This document shows positions 52,675 through 64,000 of a DNA stretch of 64,000 nt, one piece after another. A program made the translations under genes and the position numbers. Within the stretch, counting starts at the first letter, position 1. Each line of letters starts with the position of its first letter. A model generated the notes under the pieces. The model was given only the letters and a program-made list of their open reading frames with translations. It was not told the origin of the DNA and did not search any database. The stretch is from a bacterium (GTDB taxonomy: Bacteria; Hinthialibacterota; Hinthialibacteria; Hinthialibacterales; Hinthialibacteraceae), in contig CAXXSM010000109.1 of the NCBI GenBank assembly GCA_963663405.2, positions 8,632 to 72,631 of the forward strand, read 5' to 3'.

Positions 52675-53382
52675 CTATTCTTTCCGCGCGAGAACAATTA
52701 ATTTACGCCCTAACAGCGCATTGAGACTATTCTGTTTTCTCCAGGAATCCCGATCGGCGTTTTTAATCCAAGATCGTAGATAAAGAATTGGATAGAAAAT
52801 CAATCCGCTCATAGACGACCGCTGCCATTTATCCGTTTCCACTTCAATCGAAGAAAAACCAGATTCCCGAAGGCGGTATTCATATTGATCCAGCGTCAAA
52901 GGAGTAATATGAAGTGAGACTTCATTCCCCTCCATGTTATAGAGCGGAGGGAACGAGTAAAAATTACCGCTGAGAAGAAAACGAAGCCGTGACTTCAGCG
53001 AAAGAATATTAGGCGTGGAAAAAAGAAAGTATCCACCGGATTTAAGCACACGGGCAACTTCGAAAAAAAAGGTTTGCACACCGTCTATATGCTCGGTCAC
53101 TTCCAAAGCAGTCAATAGATCGAAAGTATCATCATCCCAAGGAATATGACTCGCCAGATTCGCTGGGCGGAATTCAACGCCGGGCAGTTGAAACAATTCC
53201 GAATGAAGATCGCAAGCGTTCACCTCATATCCCATATTCTTCAACCGCTGACTAAAAGCGCCCGTTCCAGCGCCTGCGTCTAAAACACGCTCCAGATGGA
53301 CATCATCAAAACGGCGGCGAATCAATTTCTCAATATAATTATGGAACCCAGGGATTGTCAATTCTTTGGGAGATTCATTCAA
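52675..53382 (-). CDS. Class I SAM-dependent methyltransferase
   Basis: VLDAGAGTG, LEVTEH, RVLKSGG..STPN. Confidence 0.9.
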   Translation of the reverse strand: MNESPKELTIPGFHNYIEKLIRRRFDDVHLERVLDAGAGTGAFSQRLKNMGYEVNACDLHSELFQLPGVEFRPANLASHIPWDDDTFDLLTALEVTEHIDGVQTFFFEVARVLKSGGYFLFSTPNILSLKSRLRFLLSGNFYSFPPLYNMEGNEVSLHITPLTLDQYEYRLRESGFSSIEVETDKWQRSSMSGLIFYPILYLRSWIKNADRDSWRKQNSLNALLGRKLIVLARKE

Positions 53383-53544
53383 AGTTCAGCTCCAACCAAT
53401 CGATTATTGATACTCCATCACTCAATTATGAGAAACATTAATCCTACACGATATCAAGTTGTCATAGGTAATGCAATGGATAGAAAAAGACAAGTACATT
53501 CACAAATCGGATGAATACACAATTAATCCCAACAAACACGCGCC

Positions 53545-55386
53545 TTAAAACTGACTTTCACCATACATCCGTTTCTTCACATTCCAAACCGTCAACCAAT
53601 ACAGACAGAACGCGCAGATCAGTTTCCATGTGAGATGCCATGTGTAAACATCCATCCACGTTAAATTCACATGATAGGAAACATAATTTGTATACACGCC
53701 GAAGAGATGCCGCAACGATACCAAAGGAAGAAAGACAGTAAAAAACAATCCGCTTTCCGGCTCTATAACAATCGGATAGAAAATCCCACAATGAATCAAT
53801 ACCAGCGCGGCGCTTAATCCAATCGAAATCATTCGGCGTCCAGCCAACGCGCAGGTCGATAAGGCGAATCCCCAGAGAAAATAAAACAAAGCGGACACAT
53901 ACCCAGCCAGCGTGACCACCGAAAACAAGGGAGGATCAAACCGCAGTGGAATATCCTTTCCATTATCAAACAATCCAACAAACAAAATAGGCGTTATCAC
54001 GCAAGCAAAAAGAAGATTGAAGACCGACATCCCCGCCAGCAATTTCCCCCTCACGATCTGTCCGGGACGAAGCAGCGCGAGTGGCAGCAAATGGGTTCTC
54101 AACTCACTCCAATCATTGACAAAGGCGAAAAGCGCGTAGGGAAGCGTCAGGAAGGGGACTAGCAGCAAAGGCCAATACTGCAGCAGTTCATTCACCTGAA
54201 ATTTACGCTGATAAAGATTGTTTTCGTTTATAAAAAATGTATGCGCATACAACAAATAACAGGTCAAGAAAAAGACAACAGGAACAAGCAAACCAATAAA
54301 AACTGCATAATGGGTAGCGAATCGCCTTTGTTCCTTCCAGAAAATTGGATTGAGACGATCGGCGATATGCGTTTCCGTGGAAGGAACGAACGTGCGGTAA
54401 AGCCAAGAATGCCGCAACTCGATAAATAAAAGAGAACCCATCGTTAATATAAAGCATGGAGGAAAGCCACCCTCTTTCCGGCGCTTAAAATAAATCGTAC
54501 AAACATTGTGCAGCAAAAGAAAAAGGAAAACGAATCCTATACTATACATCAACGGCAAGATCAATTCGTATGGTAGAGAATTACAATAAAACAACACTAC
54601 CAAGACGGCGTAATTGCTAAGCAGTGAAAGCGGAGAAACAAAAAAAGAAGTGTCTCCGAGTCCATAGGGGACAAGACATAGAAATACGTATAGAAACAGA
54701 CAGATCAAACTCGCGCAGATCGAGTAAACAACTCGCTTACATTGGATGGAGAAGCACAAACTCACATACCCGGCAAATAGACTCAGTTCACTCAAAAAAA
54801 AGAGAACAGAGAGCCATTGCAAATAGGAAATATCATCGCGGATAAGAACGATACCATACAAAGGAAGCAGGAAACCAGTACTATACCAAGCCAGAAGAAT
54901 GCAAGAAAACACTTTCCCCCTAAGAATCCTCCCCAGTGTCATCGGAGCCGCCAGCAGCACACCCAGCGTATCCCGCTCGCGTTCATAATTGATCTGAGAT
55001 CCCGCAAACAATGCAATCAGAGAAACCAACGCAATTCCATAAATGAATGTCAACGTTACAAGAATTGTTTGAGAGGAAAGAAACCGCGCGCCAGTCCGGG
55101 ATTCCAATCCAATCCATGTCAAGGAGAGAAACGCGCTTAAAACAAACAACCAGCGTACAATCCGGAAAAACAGCCAATCCTTCCGGATCCGCATCAAAAA
55201 ATCGGGCGCCAAAAAGGGATTCAGAGTGATGAAAGCGCCGTGCAGGCGCTCTTTCATTGATAGGGTGATACGAGTACTCATACTGTTCACTGTCTGCTCG
55301 CAGGAATACCATAAGAGAATGCAAAAATTACGCAAGAATATTATTTCTGAGGACGATCCATGAAAAAGAATCCTTGATCCTTCCAA
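53545..55386 (-). CDS. Polytopic ABC-2-type permease-like membrane protein with two similar halves (start uncertain)
   Basis: INYERERDTLGVLLAAPMTLGRILRGK and LLPLALLRPGQIVRGK repeats; many TM segments. Confidence 0.65.
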   Translation of the reverse strand: MEGSRILFHGSSSEIIFLRNFCILLWYSCEQTVNSMSTRITLSMKERLHGAFITLNPFLAPDFLMRIRKDWLFFRIVRWLFVLSAFLSLTWIGLESRTGARFLSSQTILVTLTFIYGIALVSLIALFAGSQINYERERDTLGVLLAAPMTLGRILRGKVFSCILLAWYSTGFLLPLYGIVLIRDDISYLQWLSVLFFLSELSLFAGYVSLCFSIQCKRVVYSICASLICLFLYVFLCLVPYGLGDTSFFVSPLSLLSNYAVLVVLFYCNSLPYELILPLMYSIGFVFLFLLLHNVCTIYFKRRKEGGFPPCFILTMGSLLFIELRHSWLYRTFVPSTETHIADRLNPIFWKEQRRFATHYAVFIGLLVPVVFFLTCYLLYAHTFFINENNLYQRKFQVNELLQYWPLLLVPFLTLPYALFAFVNDWSELRTHLLPLALLRPGQIVRGKLLAGMSVFNLLFACVITPILFVGLFDNGKDIPLRFDPPLFSVVTLAGYVSALFYFLWGFALSTCALAGRRMISIGLSAALVLIHCGIFYPIVIEPESGLFFTVFLPLVSLRHLFGVYTNYVSYHVNLTWMDVYTWHLTWKLICAFCLYWLTVWNVKKRMYGESQF

Positions 55387-56492
55387 GTCCGCGTTCCTCT
55401 TTTATACCAAGCTTTATCCCCCTCATACGTCGCCTTCCATTTAACAGGCTGCTTCAATTTCAAACTCAAACTTTTTTGGAACGCTGTTTCCGCTTCCTCT
55501 TTTTTATCCTGCATTGTGAGGGACATACCAAGCAAATAAAACGCATGCGCCTTTTCGGGATCGCTATCCACGGATTGACGAAGAGCGTCGACAGCCAGCG
55601 TAAACTTGTTTCGCATCCAATTGGCACGGCCCATAATATAAAGCACATCCGCGTTTCCCGGCGCCACCTCCAGCGCCTTTTCGCAGGTCTCCAGCGCTTC
55701 TTCAATTTCCCCTGCATCCAACTGCGCCGAGGCGGTGTTCGTTAGCGCAATCACCAATCCTGGATCAATGGTGTTTGCTTGTTCCCAAAACTCACGAGCC
55801 TTTAGTAAATCTTTTTGGTTAGAGTATTTAATTCCGTATTGGTTAAATACAGCCGCCGCCGTCCGCCGGTTATCCAGGTTTTGAAAAAACTGATGGGGAT
55901 ATTCCGCCCTCACAAAACTCGTTCCAGGATAGATCAAATGCGAAGCGGTCGCTTCCACGAAGAGTGTATCATCCGTATCCATACAACGGACCATCGCATG
56001 CCGGGGACTTAAAGACATCTGTGTTTGATAACCCAACCTCTGGCCCAACGCCATATACAAAATTGTCAGTGGGAAACAGTTCCCTTCCTCGTTTTCCAAA
56101 TCCCGCAGTCCGATTTTTTCAAATGAATTATCCGGATCCTTCCTTTGAACCGGAAAATGCTTCTCCCACAAAATAAAACGGCTGATGGATTGATAAATCT
56201 CTACCGGAAAATCTGTAATAGGAACATGCCAATAGAGTTCCCCCGCCAGTTTGTCATACTGCGCGAGACAGGCGTCAACGTCGATATCAGGATTCACTTT
56301 TTTAGTGATCAGCAACGCCGCTTTCGCGATATCAATCTCCCAATCCGGCCGCGTGAGATACTCGTTGATCTCCTGATCGATTGGATCCGGTCCAGGGTGG
56401 AATGTGACTTGAATCTCGCTATAAACCTCTTTCTCCAATCCAATAGAGAGAAAGAGCGTAAAAACGGCAATCATGAGAATTCGAAGCGCCAT
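55341..56492 (-). CDS. Secreted transglutaminase-like (SirB1-type) domain plus TPR protein
   Basis: GNCFPLTILYMALGQRLG..SPRHAMVR..FVEAT; C-terminal TPR repeats; signal peptide. Confidence 0.78.
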   Translation of the reverse strand: MALRILMIAVFTLFLSIGLEKEVYSEIQVTFHPGPDPIDQEINEYLTRPDWEIDIAKAALLITKKVNPDIDVDACLAQYDKLAGELYWHVPITDFPVEIYQSISRFILWEKHFPVQRKDPDNSFEKIGLRDLENEEGNCFPLTILYMALGQRLGYQTQMSLSPRHAMVRCMDTDDTLFVEATASHLIYPGTSFVRAEYPHQFFQNLDNRRTAAAVFNQYGIKYSNQKDLLKAREFWEQANTIDPGLVIALTNTASAQLDAGEIEEALETCEKALEVAPGNADVLYIMGRANWMRNKFTLAVDALRQSVDSDPEKAHAFYLLGMSLTMQDKKEEAETAFQKSLSLKLKQPVKWKATYEGDKAWYKRGTRTWKDQGFFFMDRPQK

Positions 56493-56551
56493 CGAACTGA
56501 TCCTTTCTATTCATTCCATTCGTTTATTCAACATACCCTTTCATCATACGT

Positions 56552-56580
56552 AAAAATAGCCCCGCGGCAGGCAGGGCTAT
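56552..56580 (-). terminator. Rho-independent terminator downstream of purA
   Basis: Minus strand atagccc...gggctat followed by T run. Confidence 0.65.
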
Positions 56581-56703
56581 GAAGAACGCGTTTGGATTCA
56601 TGGAAGGCTCCCCTCATTTTTCTACAAAACGAAAGGATTCAAGCATCGTAACGCCGATTAGAAACAAAATGGATTAACGCAAGTGTTATCCAAAACAACA
56701 CGT

Positions 56704-58032
<1,329 letters not shown>

Positions 58033-58061
58033 CTATCCGTGTAAAACAACCCAAACAATAT

Positions 58062-58096
58062 AGTATAGACGATCGCGCGCTCATTCTCAATGAGCG
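58062..58096 (-). promoter_or_regulatory. purA promoter with inverted repeat over the -35 box
   Basis: TTGAGA-17 nt-TATACT (minus strand); cgctcatt-ctc-aatgagcg at 58078-58096. Confidence 0.6.
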
Positions 58097-58330
58097 GAAA
58101 CGGATATATATTCAATTCCAATTAGCGTTCATTAAATGGCGATAACAGACCATCAACTGCTACTTTTTGATTCATGGTACATTATCGGTATATTTAGTGT
58201 ATAATTCTGTTTGCAATTGGATTATAATAAGAAAATGCTATAGCGCCTGATTCGTCCGTAATCTGAAGATAAAACCTGTTCTTTCGAAATATCTGGTCAC
58301 TATTCATTTTTTGTGCGAGGTCACAGCAAG

Positions 58331-58771
58331 ATGAAAATACGATCAACACAATTTACTGGTTATTACATCATAGCGTCATCTCTGTTCTTGATCGTTTTAA
58401 GCCAGGAAAAAGAAGTGATTGCCGTTGCTTTATTTGGCATTCTTTTTGGTTATCTGATTCTTAAGAAGAAATTGTATGCGAGAAGAATTGTAATGTTATT
58501 ATCCGCAAGCGCGGCATTCCTATCTACCATTGTTCTACTCGGGGGAATCCTTACAAACGGAAAAGGAGTGCAGTATTCACTCGGTTTTTTAATTCAGATC
58601 ACCTCACCATCATTACCAATCCATATTCTTCTAGGGATCTGTTTTACATTATGGTTCGGTATCCCTTTTTATATTTTGAGTAGAGATAATGTAAAGATGA
58701 AATTTTATAAACACTCAAACAACATCCTATCAGAAGACACCCATTCTCCACATCCGTCAATAAATCATTAA
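58331..58771 (+). CDS. AT-rich hypothetical membrane protein
   Basis: Four hydrophobic segments. Confidence 0.6.
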   Translation: MKIRSTQFTGYYIIASSLFLIVLSQEKEVIAVALFGILFGYLILKKKLYARRIVMLLSASAAFLSTIVLLGGILTNGKGVQYSLGFLIQITSPSLPIHILLGICFTLWFGIPFYILSRDNVKMKFYKHSNNILSEDTHSPHPSINH

Positions 58772-58843
58772 TAAAAACGGGTTCTGAAGACTTTTTTCCT
58801 AATTGTTTAACAAAATCTTTAGATAGAAATATAATAAGGAAAA

Positions 58844-58872
58844 TTGACGATGCGTATCCAGCAGACTACAAT
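58844..58872 (+). promoter_or_regulatory. Sigma70 promoter giving a probable leaderless TA transcript
   Basis: TTGACG-17 nt-TACAAT; ATG follows 6 nt after the -10 box, no SD. Confidence 0.7.
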
Positions 58873-58878
58873 GATTAC

Positions 58879-59169
58879 ATGATCGAGATCTATAAAACTG
58901 AGACCTTTAAAAAATGGATTAATAGTTTGAGCGATATCAAGGCGCGAGCTCGTATTCTAGTTCGTATTGAGCGCTTAGCAGCTGGAAATCTGGGTGATGT
59001 AAAACCTGTTGGTGAAGGCGTTTCAGAATTGCGGATCGATTACGGACCTGGATATCGAATTTATTTCATAAAGCGTGAAGAGAAAATAATAATCCTGCTA
59101 TCAGGCGGAGATAAACGCACTCAATCAAGTGACATCAAAACGGCCTTGCGTCTGGCACGAAACGTATAG
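58879..59169 (+). CDS. RelE/ParE-family addiction module toxin (HI1419-like)
   Basis: ARILVRIERLAAGNLGDVKPVGEGVSELRIDYGPGYRIY..LLSGGDKRTQ. Confidence 0.93.
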   Translation: MIEIYKTETFKKWINSLSDIKARARILVRIERLAAGNLGDVKPVGEGVSELRIDYGPGYRIYFIKREEKIIILLSGGDKRTQSSDIKTALRLARNV

Positions 59170-59178
59170 GAGATTAAT

Positions 59179-59514
59179 ATGCCAAAAACCATCACCACTC
59201 GATACGATGTCGCCGAACACCTTCGCACTCCTGAGGAAATGGCGGCTTATCTTGAAGCATGCCTCGAAGATGCAAACGAAGACGCCGCATTCATCGCCAA
59301 AGCGCTAGGCGATATTGCGCGAGCTAAAGGCATGTCTCAAGTGGCGCTTGACACGGGTTTGTCCCGAGAAAGTCTCTACAAAGCGCTCTCGGGCGAACGA
59401 ATTCCGAGTTTTGACACCATCCTTAAAGTTATAAAAGCGTTAGGCATGAGATTACACGCAGAAGCGGATCTCGTGGAATACGCAACGGATCAACAAGCGA
59501 CAGCATTGAAGTAA
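59179..59514 (+). CDS. Addiction module antidote protein (HI1420-like HTH)
   Basis: YDVAEHLRTPEEMAAYL..ALGDIARAKGMSQVA..GLSRESLYKALS. Confidence 0.93.
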   Translation: MPKTITTRYDVAEHLRTPEEMAAYLEACLEDANEDAAFIAKALGDIARAKGMSQVALDTGLSRESLYKALSGERIPSFDTILKVIKALGMRLHAEADLVEYATDQQATALK

Positions 59515-59714
59515 AATTGGCTAAGCCATTCATTCTTTATCAAGTAATGCAAGCCATCATTAAAAAGACTCAATTTCTAAGACAGGAATAACAATAATAA
59601 CTCCCAAAATCTTCTCCCCCTCACAAAAACCTTTTCCCCCCAGCGTCACACTATATAATTAATCTTGGAATAGCGCATTTTAAAAAATCCACTCCTCTAA
59701 AAAAGGCGATACCG

Positions 59715-60707
59715 ATGACGGTTATTTCACTGGCGGATTTTGCCGATGACACCGTTCGTGTGAAAAAAGGAACAGTATTGATGCGGCAAGACGAGATCGG
59801 TCAATGCGCCTATTTTGTCGTAAAGGGCCGGTTGCTGATCGAACGGGAGATGAACGGAGAAAATGTCGTTCTCGGTGAAGTCCACAGGATGGATATCGTT
59901 GGTGAAATCGCTATTCTAGACGACGCGCCCCGGTCCGCGACCGTAACGGCCATTGAAGATTCCATCTTGATTACACTGGACAAATCACGGATCAAGACCC
60001 TGATTCGCCGCGCGCCCCACTTCGCCGAAGTGATTCTTAAATTACTCTGCTACAAACTGCGGAAAATACACGACCGTCTTATGCAGGACAATGATTTAAG
60101 CCAACCGGTATGCTGGTTAAAAATCTGCGCCTTGCTCCGGCTATGCGCGCAAAACAAATCAGATCCGAAACTGATCTACGTTTCTTTTATTGACAATTTG
60201 CGGCTGTTCAATGGAATATCTTTCTCTCGCAGCAAAGAAATTTTAAACCGGCTGGAAAAGGCCTCTCTTCTTATAATTGATGAGTATCAATCTCTCAGCG
60301 TAGACCTTCCTCAGATCAATAAATTTATCGAATATTGTACGGAGGAGTTTTCGAATGCAAAATATCCCTCTCCCACGCCTCTCAAACTATCCGAAATCGC
60401 GCAATATCTCTTTAATCGAATCCGCCAATCAAAAAGTGAAGATAACACAATTGCGCTTTCAAAGGAAGAATTGCTTAAATTCCTCATCACCGCTAATTTA
60501 TGGAAATCCCTACGCCCCTCCATGCAAAAACAGAGAGCGGCCTCAGCGATCCAGTATATGATTACGAACAGTATCATTGAATTACAAGAAGACTTGAAAG
60601 ATCAATTTATCATCTCCCGCGCCAACCTGCTCAAAATAAAAGGGCCGAAAGAAGAAGCGCTCGAATACGTCAAGTTAAAAACTACTCTCTTCTCTACACC
60701 GAAATGA
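59715..60707 (+). CDS. Cyclic nucleotide-binding domain protein
   Basis: KKGTVLMRQDE..AYFVVKG..VGEIAILDDAPRSATVTA. Confidence 0.85.
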   Translation: MTVISLADFADDTVRVKKGTVLMRQDEIGQCAYFVVKGRLLIEREMNGENVVLGEVHRMDIVGEIAILDDAPRSATVTAIEDSILITLDKSRIKTLIRRAPHFAEVILKLLCYKLRKIHDRLMQDNDLSQPVCWLKICALLRLCAQNKSDPKLIYVSFIDNLRLFNGISFSRSKEILNRLEKASLLIIDEYQSLSVDLPQINKFIEYCTEEFSNAKYPSPTPLKLSEIAQYLFNRIRQSKSEDNTIALSKEELLKFLITANLWKSLRPSMQKQRAASAIQYMITNSIIELQEDLKDQFIISRANLLKIKGPKEEALEYVKLKTTLFSTPK

Positions 60708-61093
60708 ACGATCATCCATGACAAAAATCTAAATCTATCTCAATATACATAAGTTACACAACCTTGTCTCATCCATTTTCTCACACCACACCCACAATCA
60801 GAATTCATTAAAATGAAAATGAGTTTCCGAGACTTACTTATCCTAGATTTCTTCTATAACTCATTATCATTCGCAGGTTGTGATCTCAATCATGATGGTT
60901 ATTATGTATTTTTTTAGTACATTCCCTCCCCCAAAAATAGCCGGCCCACGTTCATTAACGATTAGAGTTTTAGAAAGAAGCTTGGGACCGATATGCTTTT
61001 CGGTGTAAAATATGTTATGCATTTTAATATGAGCTCGGCCGCCTTGATTCCAACAGGCCTTGTTGGCTAGTGTTTCTGAAAGGGTGGATGATC

Positions 61094-62846
61094 ATGAATC
61101 GTGGGATCCAATTAATCACTTGCTGCGCTTTACTCATCGGCTTATTCGGCTGCGCTGGAAGCCGCACCTATCAAACCACTACACGGACGACGACTACGTA
61201 CCGCTCCTATCCGATATCTCCCTCCACAGAAGAGACGGAATACCGGTATAACGTCCCGGATGAAACAACATCGGTCACGGATTATTACTCCGATGATGTT
61301 GACACCTATTGGAATGAAGAAGTGCTCTCCTCAACCGAGGAAGTCGAACCACAACTCGTCAAAAAAAGTGACGCGGACAACGACAACCTACATCACCTAT
61401 GATGACGTGTTGTATCATAATTACAATTTCTATACGGATCGGCTTTACACACCCAGCTTCGAGTATTGGGATAGCGATCCGTATGGCTATTCACATACCG
61501 TGACCGTCTATCATCAGTATCCCTACCCTTATTGGTACGGACCCCGTTGGTATTGGTGGGATCCGTATCCCTATCATTCCTATTTATCCTTTTCGTATTG
61601 GGATGGGGATTGGGGACTTGCGGTCGGCGGATACGCTCCCTATTACCATCCATCTCCCTATTGGGCGTGGGGAGGGCATTACGGCTGGTATGGTGGATAT
61701 CATCTCGCCTACTGGGATTGGCGGCATCGCCATCGACATCACGATTGGCGCCCCCATCCCGGCCATCCCGATAATGGCGGTGCGAATGATCCCACAACAG
61801 AGCCTAGACGCCAAAGCAGGCCTGCCATCACATCCCGCTATTCCGAGCCGCGATTGGTGACGAATCCCGCCGGTTCCCCATCGCTTCGGCCAGACGCGAA
61901 CGCGATCTCCGTTAAAAAAAGCGCTTCGTCACTCACGGACCGGAACGAATCCACCCGCCGCGAGTCCACACGATCCGCCAGCCGCCGGGAACGAACACCA
62001 CGATCCCGTTATTCAGAACTCATGGTGGTTCCAGGCATGGCAAACCAGACTCGTTCAAGATCCACCACTCCTACAGCAAATACAGCCGTGTCTCAAACCG
62101 GTAATTCCGCCGTCTCTCCAGGTAGCCGCGTTGAAACCAACACACCCACCCGAACGTCTGGGCTCACAGCGGAATCTCTCCGAAACAACAGCCTTCGCAG
62201 AAACGCGGTTGAATCGCCATCTCTCCGGCCACGGGAAAGCAGCCGGTATACAGATTCTTACAATGCAAGGAGACCGGGAACAATCGTTTTGCCAAGCAAT
62301 TCCAACCGGCGTTCGAATTCGATTCAGGTTTCACCACCACGGACTAGCCAAAATTACCAGCCAGCCCGGACGAATTCCAACTCCAAGTTGTATATTTCCC
62401 CAAGCCGGACATATGACGCCAACAATACATACAACGGCCGTTCAACAATCCTAGGACAATCCCGTTCCTCATCACCCCGGACTGAGTCCTACCGGTCGTA
62501 TTCGCCCGCGAGGAATCAATCCTATTCCACACCATCTCAAAGCGGAAACAGTTATTCAACGCCGCGATCATGGACATCTTCATCCGGGTCATCCTCCTCA
62601 TCGGATAGTTACAGTTCTCCCTCTCGCAATTCCAGCGGTTCTACTTCAAGGTCTTCAAGTTCCTATTCCTCACCGCGAAGTTCTTCTGGCAGTTCGAGTT
62701 CCTATTCCGCTCCCCAGAGTTCTTCTTCCAGCGGATCGAGATCGTATTCCGCTCCACGAAGCAGTGGAGGCGGTTCGGCTAGCCGGTCGATGGGAAGAAG
62801 TTCCAGTCCCAGCCGTTCCTCTGGTGGAACCTCTCCTCGACGGTAG
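61094..62846 (+). pseudogene. Lipoprotein with Tyr/Trp/Pro-rich middle and Ser/Arg-rich disordered tail, frameshift at A7 run 61361-61367
   Basis: LIGLFG-C lipobox; removing one A joins VEPQLVKK to VTRTTTTYITY. Confidence 0.7.
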
Positions 62847-63212
62847 GCATTCCTAATCCTAAACGGGCAAATCTTACCGCCCTTCTCCCCTTTCAATTCT
62901 TGTCACACTAGATGACATTTTGTATTCTTTAAATCCCTTCCAAATCGTCATGAAACAATCCAATGCGTAATATGGCATGGATAAATATTGGAGTGATATT
63001 TGCATAAAACATATATCTATGTTACTATCAAATTATATTTCATCATGTATGATGTAGCGGCCAAAAGGCCCTGCAAGATGATTTTAGGCTGGAAATGACA
63101 ATTTATTAAACCTTCACTGACTATGATATTCTCTAGATCGTGAAGCGAGTGAAACAGGATATACAATGACAAACATCTTCAAGGGATTTCAACCTGCAAG
63201 GAATCTCATGAG

Positions 63213-64000
63213 ATGAAAGATAACGTTTTAAAAAAAACTATACTCGGTTTTATGGAGAAAAAAACCGGTCACGGGCGCCGGCAAACGGGATTTTTTCTCG
63301 GAAGTTCTGTTTGGAAAATCCAACGTTGATAAACGCGGTGAGGCCCTCGATCGAATCGCCGCCGTAACGCCCTCGGTTTGGAAACTGCGCTTATTATTAT
63401 GGACTCTGGCGGATAAGAATCCGGCGACACGAGAACACGCTTGGTCCATTCTAGAAAAACAAACCGGTGATTTTGATCTCCTTGTCAACGAACTCTCCTG
63501 CCCCTTGTGGCAGACACGCATTGGAGCGATTCGCCTGCTTGCGAAGACAGGCCGTCTCGACGCGGTTCGCAGAATGCTTGCTGGTTGTGATGATTACCAT
63601 AGAAGCGTAGCGGCGGAGACGATGAAAGGCCTTTCCCCTGTTAATCGACAATGCAAAAATCCGGAAGCAGAAAGGAGAACTTCCGCGGGAAGAGACAGAA
63701 GACGCGATTCGGGCGTTGATGCAAATCCTCAATATTTCCAAACGGCGCAACCGTTACCAAGCGCTCCAATTTCTTTTCACAGTGGCGCCTTTGGGTGAAG
63801 ATATCTTTTGGAACATTTATTCAACACTTGAATTAAGCCAACGTCTCGCTCTCCACGAACAATTCATTCATTACCAATCCTATGGCGCTCTCGATGTACT
63901 CTATCGAGGATTATTACAACAAAACGAGAAAGTCATTGAAAAGATCACCAATTTTTTGTGCATGGCCATACGGCTCAGTGGCAGAAATGTCAATTATCAC
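63213..64000 (+). pseudogene. HEAT-repeat-like protein, frameshifted and truncated by window edge
   Basis: LADKNPATREHAWSIL, WQTRIGAIRLLAK, DDYHRSVAAET; frameshift in the A run near 63230. Confidence 0.5.

Noticed and set aside
63225-63240. Slippery TTTAAAAAAAAC as a programmed frameshift
   Set aside because: Homopolymer indels are common in this window and no stimulatory structure is evident.

Overview
Bacterial chromosomal window of about 48% GC by eye. Its gene style (Tad locus, orphan N-methyl pilin ending SNG..S.GDI, Tat-exported sugar enzymes) suggests a PVC-like or candidate-phylum organism, but this is inference only. Contents in order: a Tad/Flp pilus locus (1-9440, minus strand) with a secreted caspase-fold gene inserted; a yhaO/yhaN nuclease-ATPase pair; a BlaI/BlaR1-like pair whose sensor appears to end in a pilin-like domain; an ECF sigma with a large putative anti-sigma; assorted enzymes; an M16 peptidase pair; higBA; a histidine cluster (hisG, an AT-rich lipoprotein, two identical tRNA-His genes, hisS); a carbohydrate/nucleoside catabolic block; purA; a second toxin-antitoxin pair; and a Ser/Arg-rich lipoprotein. 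The most striking signal is that both tRNA-His(GUG) genes lack the encoded G-1 and carry A73 and a G1-U72 pair, next to a HisRS with Caulobacter/Rhizobium-type signatures, which suggests a co-located G-1-independent HisRS/tRNA module. At least eight plus-strand genes are broken by single-base indels, most likely sequencing errors.
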